Positions 10,211 to 18,238 of a stretch of DNA of 32,000 nucleotides are shown in pieces; within the stretch, counting starts at the first letter, position 1; the number at the start of each line of letters is the position of its first letter. The translations under genes and the position numbers were made by a program. The stretch is from Megasphaera elsdenii DSM 20460 (GTDB lineage Bacteria > Bacillota > Negativicutes > Veillonellales > Megasphaeraceae): NCBI RefSeq assembly GCF_003010495.1, contig NZ_CP027570.1, positions 2,446,943 through 2,478,942 on the forward strand. Direction: 5' to 3'. A model generated the notes under the pieces. It worked only from the letters and a program-made list of their open reading frames with translations. It had not been told where the DNA came from and did not search any database.

Positions 10211-10298
10211 GAGTTTGATGTGGTAGGTTTGATGTTTGATGTAAGTGATTTTACGTCAAACATCAAACATCAAACCTCAAACACCAAACATCAAACTC
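10211..10298. repeat. Imperfect long inverted repeat built from tandem heptads (6 x CAAACNT on the plus strand, complementary NGTTTGA units in the other arm) in the leuA-leuC spacer
   Basis: 10257-10298 reads caaacat caaacat caaacct caaacac caaacat caaactc. 10211-10242 reads gagtttg atgtggt aggtttg atgtttg atgt. The ends pair (10 bp plus 17 bp) with an internal bulge. The last heptad touches the leuA stop codon (10298-10300). Confidence 0.8.
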
Positions 10299-12040
10299 TA
10301 ATGCTGACCCGACGTGGCTTTGAAGGCCGTAATCGTATCCGGCGTGGACTTGAGGGCCCGGAACTTGACGCGCTGGGCCATGCCGTCCATGCGGTTAATA
10401 GCCGTCATGAAGGCGAAGATGGAAGCCGTAATGGTGTCCGTATCGACGCCAGCGCCCCAGGTCGTATGGCCGGCTTTATCAGTCAGGCCGAAGTAAGCAA
10501 TGCCGCGGGAATCAGAATCGCGGTCCAAATCGTGTTCACTGTAGACGAGGTTGCTGAATTCGATGCCATAGGCTTTGCAGACAGCGTTGCTGACGGCATT
10601 CAGCTGGCCGTTGCCAGCCCCTTCGAGGACGACTTCTTCGTCATTGGCGCGGACCAGGACTTTGCCGACCCATTTGTCGCCTTTCTTCTTGAGCGAGAAG
10701 TCTTCGACTTTCAGCGGCGTTTCGGCATTGAGGTAATTCTTCTGGAAGACGTCGTAGATTTCGGCCGGTTTCAGTTCCTGATGCTTGTGGTCCGAAACTT
10801 CCTTGACGAAGTAGCTGAAGTCTTCGCGCATCTTCTTCGGCATATCGATGCCGTAGTTCTGTTCCATAATGAAGCCTACGCCGCCCTTGCCGGACTGGCT
10901 GTTGATGCGGATGACGTCGGCATCGTACGTGCGGCCCACATCATGCGGGTCGATGTACAGATACGGGCAGGTCCAGTACTGTTCGTTGTTTTCCTGGCGG
11001 AAATGCATGCCCTTGGCGATGGCGTCCTGATGGGAACCGGAGAAAGCGGCGAAGACCAGCTGGCCGGCATAAGGCTGACGTGGATGGACATGCATGCGGG
11101 TCACTCGTTCGTATGTTTCCACCAGTTTCGGCATGTTGGAGAAATCCAGGCCCGGATCGACGCCTAAGGCATACATGTTCATGCCGATGGTGACGATGTC
11201 GGCGTTGCCCGTCCGTTCACCATTGCCGAACAGGGTCCCTTCAACGCGGTCCGCGCCGGCGAGCATAGCCATTTCAGCATCGGCAACGCCTGTGCCGCGG
11301 TCATTGTGGGGATGAACCGATAAGATGACGTTGTCCCGGTATTTCAAGTTCTGCGACATATAGGCAATCTGCGAAGCGAAGACGTGAGGCATGGACATCT
11401 GTACCGTCGACGGCAGGTTGATGATGGCCTTGCGGTCAGCCGTCGGTTTCCAAACATCGAGGACGGCATTGCAGACTTCCAACGCATATTCCGGTTCCGT
11501 ACCGGTGAAGCTTTCCGGCGAATATTCAAAGCGGAAGTTGGCACCGGCTTCGTCCGTCAGGCGCTGTAATAATTTCGCACCGTCAACGGCAATCTGCTTG
11601 ATTTCTTCCTTCGATTTGCGGAAGACCTGCTGGCGCTGGGCAAAGGACGTGGAATTGTAAACATGGACGATAGCGTTCTTGACGCCCTTCAGGGCGTCGA
11701 AGGTCTTGCGGATGATGTGTTCGCGAGCCTGGGTCAGGACTTGGACCGTGACATCATCAGGAATCATATCGTGATCAACTAAGTAGCGCAGGAATTCAAA
11801 TTCCGTTTCCGAAGCAGCCGGGAAGCCGACTTCGATTTCCTTGAACCCCATACCGACTAAGACTTTATAGAATTCAATCTTTTCTTCAAGGCTCATAGGA
11901 ATGATGAGGGCCTGGTTACCATCGCGCAAATCGACGCTGCACCAAATCGGCGCTTTATCGGGATATTCTTTCTGTGTCCAGGACATATCGACAGCGGGGG
12001 GCATAAAGTAACCTTTTTTGTAATGTTCTACGTTTTTCAT
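10298..12040 (-). CDS. leuA: 2-isopropylmalate synthase (long LeuA form)
   Basis: 580 aa. WCSVDLRDGNQAL...SVHPHNDRGTGVA...FSGSHQDAI plus a C-terminal regulatory domain. SD AGGAGAG lies upstream of ATG 12040, and a Leu T-box leader precedes the gene. Confidence 0.96.
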   Translation of the reverse strand: MKNVEHYKKGYFMPPAVDMSWTQKEYPDKAPIWCSVDLRDGNQALIIPMSLEEKIEFYKVLVGMGFKEIEVGFPAASETEFEFLRYLVDHDMIPDDVTVQVLTQAREHIIRKTFDALKGVKNAIVHVYNSTSFAQRQQVFRKSKEEIKQIAVDGAKLLQRLTDEAGANFRFEYSPESFTGTEPEYALEVCNAVLDVWKPTADRKAIINLPSTVQMSMPHVFASQIAYMSQNLKYRDNVILSVHPHNDRGTGVADAEMAMLAGADRVEGTLFGNGERTGNADIVTIGMNMYALGVDPGLDFSNMPKLVETYERVTRMHVHPRQPYAGQLVFAAFSGSHQDAIAKGMHFRQENNEQYWTCPYLYIDPHDVGRTYDADVIRINSQSGKGGVGFIMEQNYGIDMPKKMREDFSYFVKEVSDHKHQELKPAEIYDVFQKNYLNAETPLKVEDFSLKKKGDKWVGKVLVRANDEEVVLEGAGNGQLNAVSNAVCKAYGIEFSNLVYSEHDLDRDSDSRGIAYFGLTDKAGHTTWGAGVDTDTITASIFAFMTAINRMDGMAQRVKFRALKSTPDTITAFKATSGQH

Positions 12041-12098
12041 ACTGCATCTCTCCTATGATTATGAAATAAATTTAAAATAAATCATTACACAATCAAAA

Positions 12099-12133
12099 TA
12101 AAAAAATCTTCCGTCTCAAAGAGACGAAAGATT
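12099..12133 (-). terminator. Intrinsic terminator of the T-box leader (attenuator)
   Basis: Minus strand reads AATCTTTCGTCTC-TTTG-AGACGGAAGATTTTTTTATTTT, immediately 3' of the T-box motif, whose bases can alternatively pair with the 5' half of this stem (antiterminator). Confidence 0.85.
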
Positions 12134-12390
12134 ATACTTACGCGTTACCACTCTAATTCCTATCCGAAGATAGGCTCTCTACAGGTACGGACAACTGTCG
12201 ATACCCTCCTGTCTGTTAACGGCCAGGCCCCGGCTCCACCTACTCCTTTTGTTTCAGCGAGCTGCTTAGAGATGAGTTCTGTTCCGTGCCGCTGCTGCCT
12301 CACACCACCCGGCAGCTCTCTGGAAACATTCCGGAACTTACTAGTTCTCTTCAACGCATTTTTATTTTGGATTGTTTGTCTGTTGACGCT
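12099..12390 (-). promoter_or_regulatory. T-box riboswitch leader, leucine-specific (specifier CUC), controlling leuACDB
   Basis: On the minus strand, Stem I is AGAGA-ACUAGUAA-GUUCCG ... AGAGAGCUGCCGGGUGGUGUGAGGCAGC ... CGGAAC-AGAA-CUC-A-UCUCU. It has the AGUA/GAA S-turn, with specifier CUC at 12276-12274 followed by the conserved purine. The T-box motif AAUUAGAGUGGUAACGCG lies at 12158-12141, followed by a terminator. The 87-aa ORF 12160..12423 is spurious. Confidence 0.9.
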
Positions 12391-12394
12391 TTGT

Positions 12395-12423
12395 ATGTTA
12401 TCATACCCTTTTGTAATTTGCAA
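12395..12423 (-). promoter_or_regulatory. Putative sigma-A promoter of the leu T-box leader
   Basis: On the minus strand: -35 TTGCAA (12423-12418), 17-nt spacer ending in TG (extended -10), and -10 TAACAT (12400-12395). Confidence 0.45.
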
Positions 12424-12564
12424 GGATTTTTCCAGAACTTTTCCGAATATTTTTAGCTTAAACGTGGTACTTTATTTAAGAAAAACCAGTAAAACCAGGT
12501 TTAACGTTTATCTTTATGCAAGTCTTCTCCTATACTCCCGCCCCTATCTTTTTCCCTTGATTAA

Positions 12565-12573
12565 TGCTATAAT
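12565..12573 (+). promoter_or_regulatory. Putative extended -10 promoter (TGcTATAAT) of the DEAD-box helicase gene
   Basis: TGCTATAAT lies at 12565-12573. The -35 is poor (TATCTT). SD AGGAGG is at 12591-12596 and ATG at 12603. Confidence 0.45.
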
Positions 12574-12602
12574 AAATAAGTTACACAACAAGGAGGAAGT
12601 AC

Positions 12603-14183
12603 ATGTTAGAACAATTCCAAAATTTGAATATTAGCGAAGTCATTATCCGCGCTCTCAACGAAATGGGCTTTGAAGAACCGACGCCAATCCAGGCTGAATC
12701 GATTCCTGTCGCCATGAGCGGCAGCGACATGATTGGTCAGGCCCAGACCGGTACGGGTAAGACCGCTGCCTATGGCATCCCGGTCCTGGAAAAAATCCTG
12801 AAAGCCGAACCGTCCAAGGATATCCAGACCGTCGTCCTGTCGCCGACGCGTGAACTGGCCATGCAGGTCGCCGAAGAACTGAACCACCTGGCCCAGTTCA
12901 CCAACATCCAGGCCCTGCCGATCTACGGTGGCCAAGATATGGAACGCCAGCTGCGCCGCCTGCGCAAATGCCCGCAGATCATCGTCGCTACGCCGGGCCG
13001 CCTCATCGACCATATGAAACGCGGCACCATCGATTTGAGTCACATTACGACTATCGTCCTCGACGAAGCCGACGAAATGCTGGACATGGGCTTCATCGAT
13101 GACATCAACATCATCATGGCCGCTACGCCGAACACGCGCCAGACCCTGCTCTTCTCGGCTACCATGCCCAAACCGATTCAACAGCTGGCCGAAACGTTCC
13201 TGCACGACCCGCTCATCATCCGCATGAAGGCCAAAGAAGTCACGATGGACCTCATCGAACAGTCTTACATCGAAGTGCCGGACCGCCAAAAATTCGACAT
13301 CCTCTGTCGTCTCCTGGACCTGCAGGAACCGGACCTGGCCATCATCTTCGTCCGCACCAAGCGCCGCGTCGACGAAGTATCGGAAGCCCTCAAGAAGCGT
13401 GGATATTCCGCCGAAGGTATCCACGGCGATCTGACCCAGGCGAAGCGCGACACGGTCATCCGCCAGTTCCGTGAAAAGACCATCGACATCCTCGTCGCTA
13501 CAGACGTTGCCGCCCGCGGCCTCGACATCAGCGGCGTCACGCACGTCTTCAACTACGACCTGCCTCAGGACCCGGAAAGCTACGTCCACCGCGTCGGCCG
13601 TACCGGCCGTGCCGGCCAGAGCGGCGAAGCGACGACCTTCGTCATTCCCCGCGAAATGGAACACTTGCGGACCATCGAACGGCTCATCAAGCGCCGCATC
13701 ACCCGCCGCAAGGCACCGACCTTCTCGGAAGCCCTGGAAGGCGCCCAGCAGGCAGCCATCCGCAGCCTGATCACGACGACAGAAGAAGGCAATTTCGGGA
13801 CGTACAAAGAAAATGCCGAAGAACTCCTGTCCAACTACGACTCGGCTGCTCTCGTAGCTGCTGCCATCAAGCTCTTGACGAAAGAACCGGACACGACGCC
13901 AGTTAAGATCACCGAAGAAGCCCCGCTCCGCGTCCACCGCAGCCGCAACAACCGCGGCGACCGCAATAACCGCCGCTACAACCGTAACGACCGCCGGGGA
14001 GACCGCCGCAACCGCAAAGACGACGGTGAAGGCAACAGTGAACACCGCGGTGAACGACGCCGCCATTTCGCTCCCAAGAATCGGGACAACAACCGCAATA
14101 ATTCCCGCAACAACCAGCGCCGTGAAAATAAACAGCATAAAGAACCGAACCGTTCCGTATTCAAACCTTATTTTAAGGATTGA
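12603..14183 (+). CDS. DEAD-box ATP-dependent RNA helicase (CshA-like) with an Arg/Asn-rich basic C-terminal tail
   Basis: 526 aa. Q-motif FEEPTPIQ, then AQTGTGKT, PTRELA, DEAD, SAT and HRVGRTGRAG. The roughly 90-aa tail is RNNRGDRNNRRYNRNDRRGDRRNRK... The gene ends in TGA (14181-14183) followed by a strong terminator. Confidence 0.95.
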   Translation: MLEQFQNLNISEVIIRALNEMGFEEPTPIQAESIPVAMSGSDMIGQAQTGTGKTAAYGIPVLEKILKAEPSKDIQTVVLSPTRELAMQVAEELNHLAQFTNIQALPIYGGQDMERQLRRLRKCPQIIVATPGRLIDHMKRGTIDLSHITTIVLDEADEMLDMGFIDDINIIMAATPNTRQTLLFSATMPKPIQQLAETFLHDPLIIRMKAKEVTMDLIEQSYIEVPDRQKFDILCRLLDLQEPDLAIIFVRTKRRVDEVSEALKKRGYSAEGIHGDLTQAKRDTVIRQFREKTIDILVATDVAARGLDISGVTHVFNYDLPQDPESYVHRVGRTGRAGQSGEATTFVIPREMEHLRTIERLIKRRITRRKAPTFSEALEGAQQAAIRSLITTTEEGNFGTYKENAEELLSNYDSAALVAAAIKLLTKEPDTTPVKITEEAPLRVHRSRNNRGDRNNRRYNRNDRRGDRRNRKDDGEGNSEHRGERRRHFAPKNRDNNRNNSRNNQRRENKQHKEPNRSVFKPYFKD

Positions 14184-14187
14184 TGTG

Positions 14188-14224
14188 AAAAAAGGAGCTG
14201 TCGCAAAGCGACAGCTCCTTTTGT
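14188..14224 (+). terminator. Rho-independent terminator of the helicase gene
   Basis: AAAAAGGAGCTGTCGC-AAA-GCGACAGCTCCTTTTG. The 11-bp stem is 14194-14204 / 14208-14218, followed by a T-run. The stem is almost identical to the terminator at 7258-7295. Confidence 0.85.
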
Positions 14225-14280
14225 GGTTCGTTTGGCGTAATTCGTTTGCCGAAAATCTGCACAAATACAGCACAGGCTGT

Positions 14281-14322
14281 TCACAGAATTCGCGCGGGCG
14301 CCCGGTATGGGCGCCCCTACGC
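14281..14322. repeat. REP-like element, family A (GGGCGCCC hairpin + CTACGCT)
   Basis: cacagaattcgcgcGGGCGCCCggtatGGGCGCCCCTACGCT, an 8-bp GC-only stem with a 5-nt loop. A near-identical copy lies at 17265-17306. Confidence 0.8.
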
Positions 14323-14375
14323 TGACCTGCGGCTTGCTCCATTACGACAAACGCCCCACGGCAAACGGCAAACGT

Positions 14376-14412
14376 GAAAAAAAAGCTTCATGTATGACGT
14401 CAGAGGCTTTTT
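14376..14412 (-). terminator. Possible weak terminator after rsmA
   Basis: Minus strand reads AAAAAGC-(19 nt containing the TGACGTCA palindrome)-GCTTTTTTTT. The stem is A/T-rich, so support is modest. Confidence 0.3.
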
Positions 14413-14417
14413 CATGC

Positions 14418-15269
14418 TTACTGCAGCGCGTCCCAGGCGTTGGCGACGTCGGCAAATTCCTGCAGGGACAGGGTTTCGCCCCGGCGCTTGCCGTCGATAC
14501 CGGATTTTTCCAGTACCTGGACAATCTGTTCCTTGCTCATGCCCGTATTCTTCAAGGCATTGGCAAAGGTCTTGCGGCGCTGCTGGAAAGCGGCCTTGAC
14601 GACCTGGAAGAAGCGCTTTTCATCGAGCAAATCGACAGGCGGCTTCTGGCGGACATCCATGGAGACGACGGCCGACGTGACTTCCGGCGCCGGCATGAAG
14701 CATTTCGGTGAGATTTCAAAAAGCATCTGAGGCTTCGTATAATACTGGACCGAGACGGACAGGGCGCCGTAAATCTTATGGCCTGGTTCGGCCACCATGC
14801 GTTCAGCCACTTCCTTCTGGACCATGACGACGATGCGCTTGATAGGCAGCTTCTGTTCCAGGAGCTTCATGATAATCGGCGTCGTAATATAGTATGGCAA
14901 ATTGGCGCAGACCGTAAAGGGCTGGTGGTTCATGACTTCTTCGATATCGATGCGCAGGATATCGCCGTGGACGACGCGCACGTTGTCATAGTGTTCCAGC
15001 GTCTTGTCGAGGACGGGCAGCAGATGGTCGTCCAGTTCGACAGCCGTCACAGCCGCTCCCGTTTCAGCCAGGGCCTGGGTCAGCGTGCCGATACCCGGCC
15101 CGATTTCCAGGACCGGGTCGCCTTCACCGATGCCGGCTGCGTCGGCAATGTCGTCGACGACGGCGTGGCGGATGAGGAAATTCTGGCCCAGCTTCTTATT
15201 CATGCGCAGGCCAAAGCGTTTGACGACGTAGCGGACGACGTCGGGATTGGACAAGTCGACTTCTTTCAT
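14418..15269 (-). CDS. rsmA: 16S rRNA (adenine1518/1519-N6)-dimethyltransferase RsmA/KsgA
   Basis: 283 aa. KKLGQNFL, LEIGPGIGTLTQAL and NLPYYITTPI. The start abuts the rnmV stop. Confidence 0.96.
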   Translation of the reverse strand: MKEVDLSNPDVVRYVVKRFGLRMNKKLGQNFLIRHAVVDDIADAAGIGEGDPVLEIGPGIGTLTQALAETGAAVTAVELDDHLLPVLDKTLEHYDNVRVVHGDILRIDIEEVMNHQPFTVCANLPYYITTPIIMKLLEQKLPIKRIVVMVQKEVAERMVAEPGHKIYGALSVSVQYYTKPQMLFEISPKCFMPAPEVTSAVVSMDVRQKPPVDLLDEKRFFQVVKAAFQQRRKTFANALKNTGMSKEQIVQVLEKSGIDGKRRGETLSLQEFADVANAWDALQ

Positions 15270-15815
15270 TTATTTCACCTCGTGGATCTGACGGAGAGCG
15301 GCGTCCCATTCGTCACGGGTGACGCCGTAATGATTCAAGCGTTTCAAAAACTGTTTGGCATTGCCATAGCCGATACCCAGGATAGCGCCCACTTCGGCCC
15401 GGCGGTCGGCGGCATCCGGCGTCCCGTTGAGGCCGGCAGCGGCGATGTCCTGCATCGTAAAGGTTTCCTGCGGTTCATACGTGGCACAGCGGACTTTGGA
15501 CAAAGCCAGGCGGATGGCTTCCGGCGAAGCCTGTTCGACACCCAGGTCATTGTTGGCAATGGCATCTTTCCGGGGAATGAAGGCGTGCTTAGCCTTCGGG
15601 AAGCGGTCGGTCAGGAATTTACGGATCTGCTCTCCTGCCCGGTCGGGGTCGGTCAGGATGATGATGCCCCGCTTTTCATAGGCACAGCGTATCTGTTCCA
15701 GCGTATGGGGCTTCAAATTGAAGCCGTCTGTCGTAATCATATCGACGTCGATATGGCTGGCCCGGATGCGGGCGACATCAGACCGGCCTTCGACGACGAG
15801 GACTTCCTTAATCAT
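15270..15815 (-). CDS. rnmV: Ribonuclease M5 (Toprim domain, 5S rRNA maturation)
   Basis: Homology starts at MIKEVLVVEGRSDVARI (ATG 15815), with ILTDPDRAGEQIRKFL further in. The start overlaps the upstream gene's stop in ATGATTAA. The 23 residues upstream in the listed ORF overlap that gene and are not RNase M5-like. Confidence 0.9.
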   Translation of the reverse strand: MIKEVLVVEGRSDVARIRASHIDVDMITTDGFNLKPHTLEQIRCAYEKRGIIILTDPDRAGEQIRKFLTDRFPKAKHAFIPRKDAIANNDLGVEQASPEAIRLALSKVRCATYEPQETFTMQDIAAAGLNGTPDAADRRAEVGAILGIGYGNAKQFLKRLNHYGVTRDEWDAALRQIHEVK

Positions 15816-17064
15816 GAGCGGCTCCTTCCCGATGTTCAGCAATGTACTGCGCTGCGCTGAGGATGGCCAGGACATTGTGTTCAAAGACGATGCCCCCTTG
15901 GAGATAAATCATATAGGGGTCGCGGATTGGGCCGTCAGCAGACAATTCGATAGATGACCCTTGGACGAAATCGCCAGCAGCCATGATGATCTTATCGGCA
16001 TAGCCCGGCATATCGTCGGGAATTGGCGTGACATGGGCATCGACAGGCGAGAAGGACTGGATGCCCTGGCAGAAGAGGCACATATTCTGTTCGTTTTCCA
16101 GATAAATGGTCTGAATCAGGTCGACTCGCGGATCCTGGACGGCCGGTGAGACCTTGAAGCCCATCTTTTCAAAGACAGCTGCCGCGAAGACAGCGCCTTT
16201 GATGGCCTGTGCCGTGACGTGCGGTGCCATGAAGAAGCCCTGGAAAAAGAGGCGGTACCCAGCCGCATAGGAGCCGAGTTCGTCGCCCAGTCCGGGAGCC
16301 GTCAGGTAGTCGGCGGCTGCATGGACCAGTTCTTCTTTACCGGCAATATAACCGCCTGTCGGAGCGATGCCGCCACCGGGATTCTTGATGAGCGACCCGG
16401 CGATGATGTCGGCACCGGCTTCAATCGGTTCTTCTTCGGCAGCAAATTCACCGTAGCAGTTATCGACAAAACAAATCGTCTTCGGACTGACCTTCTTGAC
16501 GACAGAAATAATCGAACGGATATCATCAATCGTCAAAGAGGCCCGCGTGCTGTAACCGCGAGAACGCTGAATGAGGACCAGTTTTGGCTGCTTTTCAGCT
16601 ACGGCGGCCTCAATACCGGCCAAATCATAGGCGTTGTCCTTCAAGGGGACTTCTTCATAGCGGACGCCTTTTTCCTTTAGAGAATGGGGCGTTTCATGGG
16701 CGTAGCCGATAACGCCCTGCATCGTATCATACGGTGCGCCGACAAGGCTCATCATGAGGTCGCCTGTCTGCAGCAGGGCCAGCAGGACCGTCGCCAGCGC
16801 ATGGGTCCCCGATACGAAATGAGGACGGACAATGGCCTTTTCCGCTTTAAAGACGCGGGCAAAGACTTCGTCGAGCTTTTCCCGGCCCATGTCGCTGTAG
16901 CCATAGCCCGACGTACCGGCAAACTGGTACGACGAAATCTGGGCTTCCTTATAAGCAGCCAAGACTTTCGCCGTATTATGGAGACAAATCGTATCAATCC
17001 GTTCAAACTGGGCCGCACATTCGGCCAGCGCTTCTTTTCGTAAAACTTCTAAATCCAAAGACAC
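15808..17064 (-). CDS. YnbB-like PLP-dependent enzyme (methionine gamma-lyase family / aluminium-resistance family protein)
   Basis: 418 aa. SSYQFAGTSGYGYSDMGREKLDEVFARVFKAEKAIVRPHFVSGTHAL ... GSLIKNPGGGIAPTGGYIAG is the characteristic YnbB-family pattern. Confidence 0.85.
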   Translation of the reverse strand: MSLDLEVLRKEALAECAAQFERIDTICLHNTAKVLAAYKEAQISSYQFAGTSGYGYSDMGREKLDEVFARVFKAEKAIVRPHFVSGTHALATVLLALLQTGDLMMSLVGAPYDTMQGVIGYAHETPHSLKEKGVRYEEVPLKDNAYDLAGIEAAVAEKQPKLVLIQRSRGYSTRASLTIDDIRSIISVVKKVSPKTICFVDNCYGEFAAEEEPIEAGADIIAGSLIKNPGGGIAPTGGYIAGKEELVHAAADYLTAPGLGDELGSYAAGYRLFFQGFFMAPHVTAQAIKGAVFAAAVFEKMGFKVSPAVQDPRVDLIQTIYLENEQNMCLFCQGIQSFSPVDAHVTPIPDDMPGYADKIIMAAGDFVQGSSIELSADGPIRDPYMIYLQGGIVFEHNVLAILSAAQYIAEHREGAAHD

Positions 17065-17104
17065 TGTTATGATTCCTTTCTGTATTTGCTTAGTTTATAA
17101 TGAA

Positions 17105-17306
17105 AGGCTCTCCTAATAGGGGAGCTGTCAGCTTTGCTGACTGAGGGGTTGCTTTTCTCTCATACCGTTTGCAGAATTCTGAAAAAACAACCCTTCCGCC
17201 TCTTCGAGGCACCTCCCCTATTAGGGGAGGCTTTCTGCTCTTCGCTTTCATTCATCAGGATGTGCACAGGATTCGCGCGGGCGCCCCACGTGGGCGCCCC
17301 TACGCT
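17105..17306. repeat. Cluster of REP-like elements (family B copy, its partial inverted partner, family A copy) filling the miaA-ynbB spacer
   Basis: 17105-17160 reads AGGCTCTCCTAATAGGGGAGCTGTCAGCTTTGCTGACTGAGGGGTTGCTTTTCTC and matches 20069-20122 inside mutL. 17208-17240 carries the inverted CCTCCCCTATTAGGGGAGGCT. 17265-17306 is a family A copy matching 14281-14322. No credible ORF is present; the 66-aa plus-strand ORF is repeat-derived. Confidence 0.8.
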
Positions 17307-18238
17307 CTCCAGTGAGCGTCTATATCACGGATGACGGCCCGGGCCAGGGCGGCTTCGTCCTCGTACTGGTCTTTTTCGTACCAATGGATGTAGGGCATGC
17401 GTTTGAACCACGTGAGCTGACGCTTGGCAAAACGCCGCGTCCGGGTCTTGATGCGGGCCACAGCGTCATCGAGGGGCATCTGTCCCTGGAGATACAGGGC
17501 CAGCTCCTGATAGCCGATGGCCTTCATGGCCTGACAGTCCGTCGGGATGCCCCGGTCCAACAAGTGCCGCACTTCATCGACCCAGCCGGCAGCGATCATA
17601 GCGTCGACGCGTTCTTCGATGCGGGCATATAAGACGTCCCGCGGCAGGCGCAGACCGATGACATAGGCGTCATAGACCAGACCGTGAGCCTTGCCGGCGC
17701 GGACGAAGGTCTTCCCTTCGCCCTGTTCGATAGCACTGACCAAGCGGGTCAGGCGATGCGTATTGGAAAGCAGCTCGTGCCAATCTGGCGGCTGCCAGTC
17801 CGTTTCCCGGACAATATAGTCTTTCAGCGCCCCTTCATCGAGGGAGGCAATGCGTGCCTGAGCCGCTTCCTTGTCAGCTTCGGTCATGCGGGCCGTCTGA
17901 AAATCGTAGCCTTCCAGGAGAGATTGGACATAGAGCCCTGTGCCGCCGACGACGATTGGGACTTTGCCCTTCCCGTTGACTTCGGCAATGGCGCTCCCTG
18001 CCATCTCACAAAAACGGGCTGCCGAATAGGGCTCGTCAGGTTCGGCAATATCGATGAAATAATGGTGATAGCGGGCTAATTCGTCCGCCGTCGGTTTCGC
18101 CGTACCGATATCCATATGGCGGTAAATCTGGTAGGCGTCGCCAGAAATGAGGTCGGTCCCGTACTGTTCGGCCAGGGCAAAACTGAGCGCCGTCTTGCCG
18201 ACCGCCGTCGGGCCGATGATGGCCATTACTTTTTCCAT
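17300..18238 (-). CDS. miaA: tRNA dimethylallyltransferase (i6A37)
   Basis: 312 aa. P-loop GPTAVGKTALS, then LISGDAYQIYRHMDIGTAKPT and RRFAKRQLTWFKR. The last codons and the TAG stop lie inside the family A REP copy. Confidence 0.95.
   Translation of the reverse strand: MEKVMAIIGPTAVGKTALSFALAEQYGTDLISGDAYQIYRHMDIGTAKPTADELARYHHYFIDIAEPDEPYSAARFCEMAGSAIAEVNGKGKVPIVVGGTGLYVQSLLEGYDFQTARMTEADKEAAQARIASLDEGALKDYIVRETDWQPPDWHELLSNTHRLTRLVSAIEQGEGKTFVRAGKAHGLVYDAYVIGLRLPRDVLYARIEERVDAMIAAGWVDEVRHLLDRGIPTDCQAMKAIGYQELALYLQGQMPLDDAVARIKTRTRRFAKRQLTWFKRMPYIHWYEKDQYEDEAALARAVIRDIDAHWRA

Noticed and set aside
12160-12423. 87-aa minus-strand ORF upstream of leuA
   Set aside because: It coincides with the T-box leader (Stem I, specifier loop, T-box motif). 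It has no SD, and the sequence is explained fully as structured RNA.
15816-15884. N-terminal extension of the rnmV ORF (204-aa version)
   Set aside because: It overlaps the 3' end of the YnbB-like gene. RNase M5 homology starts at MIKEVLVVEG, with the typical ATGATTAA start/stop overlap.
17134-17334. 66-aa plus-strand ORF in the miaA-ynbB spacer (a possible small protein or hfq substitute)
   Set aside because: It is composed of REP-like repeat sequence, has no SD, runs antisense into the miaA 3' end, and bears no resemblance to Hfq (no Sm motifs).
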